DNA from: Phoronis australis
Taxonomy: Eukaryota; Animalia; Phoronida
DNA: 64,000 nt
Assembly: GCA_002633005.1 (NCBI GenBank)
Contig: NMRA01000929.1
Span: 32,210 to 96,209 of the forward strand
Reading direction: 5' to 3'
Shown here: piece by piece, positions 62,656-64,000 of the stretch
Numbering within the stretch: position 1 is the stretch's first letter
How the letters are laid out: the number at the start of each line of letters is the position of its first letter
Position numbers and translations under genes: made by a program
Notes under the pieces: model-generated
Told to the model about the DNA's origin: nothing
What the model saw: the letters and a program-made list of their open reading frames with translations, nothing else
Databases searched by the model: none

Positions 62656-63370
62656 CTCTTTATAAACTTCATGAGTCCGAAAGGTAACTCATCATTATTC
62701 ATCCTATCTAATGTTTGCAAACGTACGATGTCTGACGAGTGACGTATAACACTTGTTTCTCAATTGACTGAATAGATTTGACACGGTATATTATTTCAGT
62801 GCAATGACCGATAACTCTTTAGGTCAAAATTGTCTTCCTCTTGTCAACTGCATAATAGAACCTAAGTAAAGCTGAGATTGAAAGCTTTAAAATGAAAATT
62901 GATCAATTTTGACAGTAGGCTTTCCGCTAAGACGGCAGTCGCTAGTCGTGTTATCATGTGTAATTAGGATTGCTAAATGAAAACAACGTAAAGAACAAAA
63001 AAATTCCATGGATCAAAACAATAGTTTTAAAATATGGTGCATTTAAGGGTTTAATAGAACCTAATGAGACGATTTCAGTTTTAAAAATCAACTTGTAGGC
63101 CTATCACATCTTTGTCGTGACCTTGACCTCTGAGCGTTTACTGTCATTTGACTTCAGAAGTGTTAAAGTGGCTGTTTACAACAAGGAAGAAGTGAAGACA
63201 ACGTACAATGCTGTTAGCGTTATACGAGGAGCCTACGAACCAGGTGAGGGGTGTCTCTTATACAGGAAGACAGTTTTTCATTTAGTCTTTCCTGAACTAC
63301 TGAAGAAGTTGGGGAGTAGTCTACTTTCACAGTTAGTACTTGAAGGATGTGTTACTTTTTTAACCTCAAC

Positions 63371-63454
63371 CATGGGCGGCGGGCACTGAAAAAATGGAGG
63401 CTATTGCCCCCTCCCCTCCCCACNCCGCCAGCCTACTATGGTGCGCCGCTCATA
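63371..63454 (+). mobile_element. Mini-MITE, monomer (contains an ambiguous n)
   Basis: CATGGGCGGCG..CGCCGCTCATA flanked by TCAAC/TCAAT. Confidence 0.7.
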
Positions 63455-63669
63455 TCAATATTCTAAAATAGCGTTCAAATTCTACCTGGCTGAACACATT
63501 ATTCGCAACCGTCAGTTCGTACGTCTATACGTCGGACAATGTTCTTGACAGCATGCCTTACGGCCGAAGCTTTAGATTTTGTTCATAGTTTGTATCAATG
63601 TGTAGGAGGGACACCAGTTGGTTTTGCTGACTTTGACCTAATTTTCAATGTCACAGTAAGAAAATCAAG

Positions 63670-63779
63670 TTTTGACGCGTATGTCAAAGGGTTTTGGAGA
63701 TAGAGCAGCGGACGGCGGACGGACGGACGGACGGACGGACGGACGGAGATGACGGCATAAAAATATGTGGGCGCATAAC
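63670..63779 (-). mobile_element. Helentron-like element, microsatellite end
   Basis: GGGTTTTGGAGATAGAGCAGC-(GGAC)n-GGAGATGAC..ATGTGGGCGCATA, as at 4650-4768 and 9700-9809. Confidence 0.85.
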
Positions 63780-64000
63780 AAAGGACTAATGCGTAACACC
63801 TACCTTTTGATGAACTTCGCATTTTTTATAGTTTCATTGCGTAAAGATAAGTTTCAGTTTTTCAGTTAATTTTAAACATAACATGATCACTACGCTGTGG
63901 TATGGTTACAAAAGATGACAAGTATGGTGTAGTCGCAAAAATGGCTATTTTAAGAACAAAAATAACTCGAAATTCTTTTTCAAGCTTCATAAATCCAAGT

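Larger units (their letters stand above)
61800..62720 (+). mobile_element. Penelope-like element 3' end (GIY-YIG endonuclease remnant and UTR)
   Basis: VIIPYV, MITE insertion, SEKLTKIF..YHKPFKNLRSLLVHPKDKV..YKIDCPDCNAIYVNETARNL..RISEH..RKIPEAVE..LN. Confidence 0.85.

Overview
This is AT-rich, repeat-dominated eukaryotic DNA, most likely from an invertebrate animal. I see no intact long gene, operon, rRNA or CRISPR array. Recognisable elements are: (1) a 3'-truncated Mag-type Ty3/Gypsy LTR retrotransposon on the minus strand (54.2-57.4 kb) with a tRNA-Ser(GCT) primer-binding site; (2) an internally deleted Kolobok DNA transposon (TTAA target duplication, ~65-bp TIRs, THAP remnant), plus other Kolobok and THAP remnants; (3) a Penelope GIY-YIG 3' end carrying a degenerate minimal hammerhead; (4) pieces of a Helentron/DINE-1-like element whose internal tandem array carries a CTCF-consensus motif about every 135 bp; (5) many non-autonomous TIR elements, including TA-flanked mariner/pogo-like, Harbinger-like and hAT-like types and a 145-bp dimeric mini-element with 5-bp TSDs; (6) tRNA-derived SINEs and old LINE fragments. 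The least obvious signal is largely invisible in the ORF track: a run of phase-compatible minus-strand exons from ~26 to ~50 kb, broken by CpG-type stop codons and short duplications. One reconstructed protein (32-38 kb) has motif spacing suggestive of a tyrosine recombinase, so this may be a dead, large, intron-containing element or a pseudogene cluster. All family assignments come from motif recognition by eye; no searches were run.
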